Shown here: positions 63,341-64,000 of the stretch, piece by piece | How positions within the stretch are numbered: the first letter of the stretch is position 1 | How the letters are laid out: each line of letters begins with the position of its first letter | Source of the DNA: Haliotis rufescens | Taxonomy: Eukaryota | DNA length: 64,000 nt | Reading direction: 5' to 3' | Assembly: GCF_023055435.1 (NCBI RefSeq) | Contig: NW_025964365.1 | Location: forward strand, 434,001-498,000 | Position numbers and translations under genes: made by a program | Notes under the pieces: generated by a model | The model's input: the letters and a program-made list of their open reading frames with translations, nothing else | Told to the model about the DNA's origin: nothing | The model's database searches: none

Positions 63341-63587
63341 CGTCTAAGGCGCCTTATCTTGCGCTGCAGAATTACGTCCCTTAGGCGTGCCAGAAAGCTA
63401 TGATCATGTGTTGGAATATCAAATTCACCTTATTAGGCTTTTCAGTGTCGGTGTTCTTGTGGGTTTCACCAACGTGGTAGCGTCTAAGATCTGCATCACT
63501 TCGGCTTCCCTCCCACATTAAACTGTCCAGCTGTAATACAACTGAAATATTGTTCAAGCGGCGTTAAACCATGTCACTCACTCACTT
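63341..63587 (+). mobile_element. SINE family B, old copy
   Basis: Diverged match to the adjacent 62937-63217. Confidence 0.75.
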
Positions 63588-63754
63588 ACGTAACGCTAAT
63601 ATTGGCACTATAGGGTCATCACACCTTGTCCTTTTGTAAACTGCATCCTCTATGTCAGGGATGGATAATATAACATCGTCATTGGTCACAATTTCCAAGA
63701 AAGGGCAACCCAAACATGGATGTTATTTTGTTTGCTGAAATATATTGTCAATTA

Positions 63755-63928
63755 CAGTAAACTACGGTTATAACGAACTCAAAGGGGCCACAAATGTTAG
63801 TTCGTTATAACCGTAGTTCGTTATAAGTATATATACAGGATAAACACAGAAAATGCCCGGGCCCAAAAAATAGTACGTTATATCCGTCAGTCCGTTATAA
63901 GAGTGTTCGTTATAAACGTAGCTTACTG
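63755..63928. mobile_element. Tc1/mariner-pogo type MITE
   Basis: TA target duplication (63753-54, 63929-30); ~24-bp TIRs CAGTAA(A/G)CTACG(G/T)TTATAACGAAC; internal TTCGTTATAA repeats. Confidence 0.88.
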
Positions 63929-64000
63929 TAGTCGAAACACTTATCCACAGTCCACTAATTTGTTTAAGATCCTACATTTAAACTCGCAACATGAAATGTA

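Overview
This is animal (eukaryotic) genomic DNA: AT-rich, with GT-AG introns, seven N-gaps and many SINEs. The repeat families suggest a mollusc such as a gastropod, which is an inference only. Most ORF-track entries are spurious; the real genes are split into short exons. (1) 1-23.7 kb, minus strand: a tandem array of a 9-exon PhyH-like Fe(II)/2-oxoglutarate dioxygenase, with two complete copies (362 and 369 aa) and exon 1 of a third. (2) 23.7-41.4 kb: a repeat-rich intergenic stretch with SINEs, MITEs, microsatellites, two decayed LINE RT remnants and a 5.6 kb array of a 44-bp satellite. The satellite monomer is a piece of the ORF2 C-terminus of the L2-like LINE it sits in, and the array carries a 2,102-bp higher-order duplication. 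(3) 41.4-64 kb, plus strand: a tandem cluster of 3-exon claudin/PMP22-type tetraspan genes. It has three complete young paralogs with strongly diversified extracellular loops, an inverted pseudogenic fragment inserted just upstream of the middle copy, and exon 1 of a divergent fourth paralog whose intron holds young SINEs in alternating orientation. I found no CRISPR array, rRNA or bona fide tRNA gene. The best candidates for new biology are the diversifying tetraspan cluster, the LINE-born satellite and a SINE family with a fixed half-tRNA-like 5' end.
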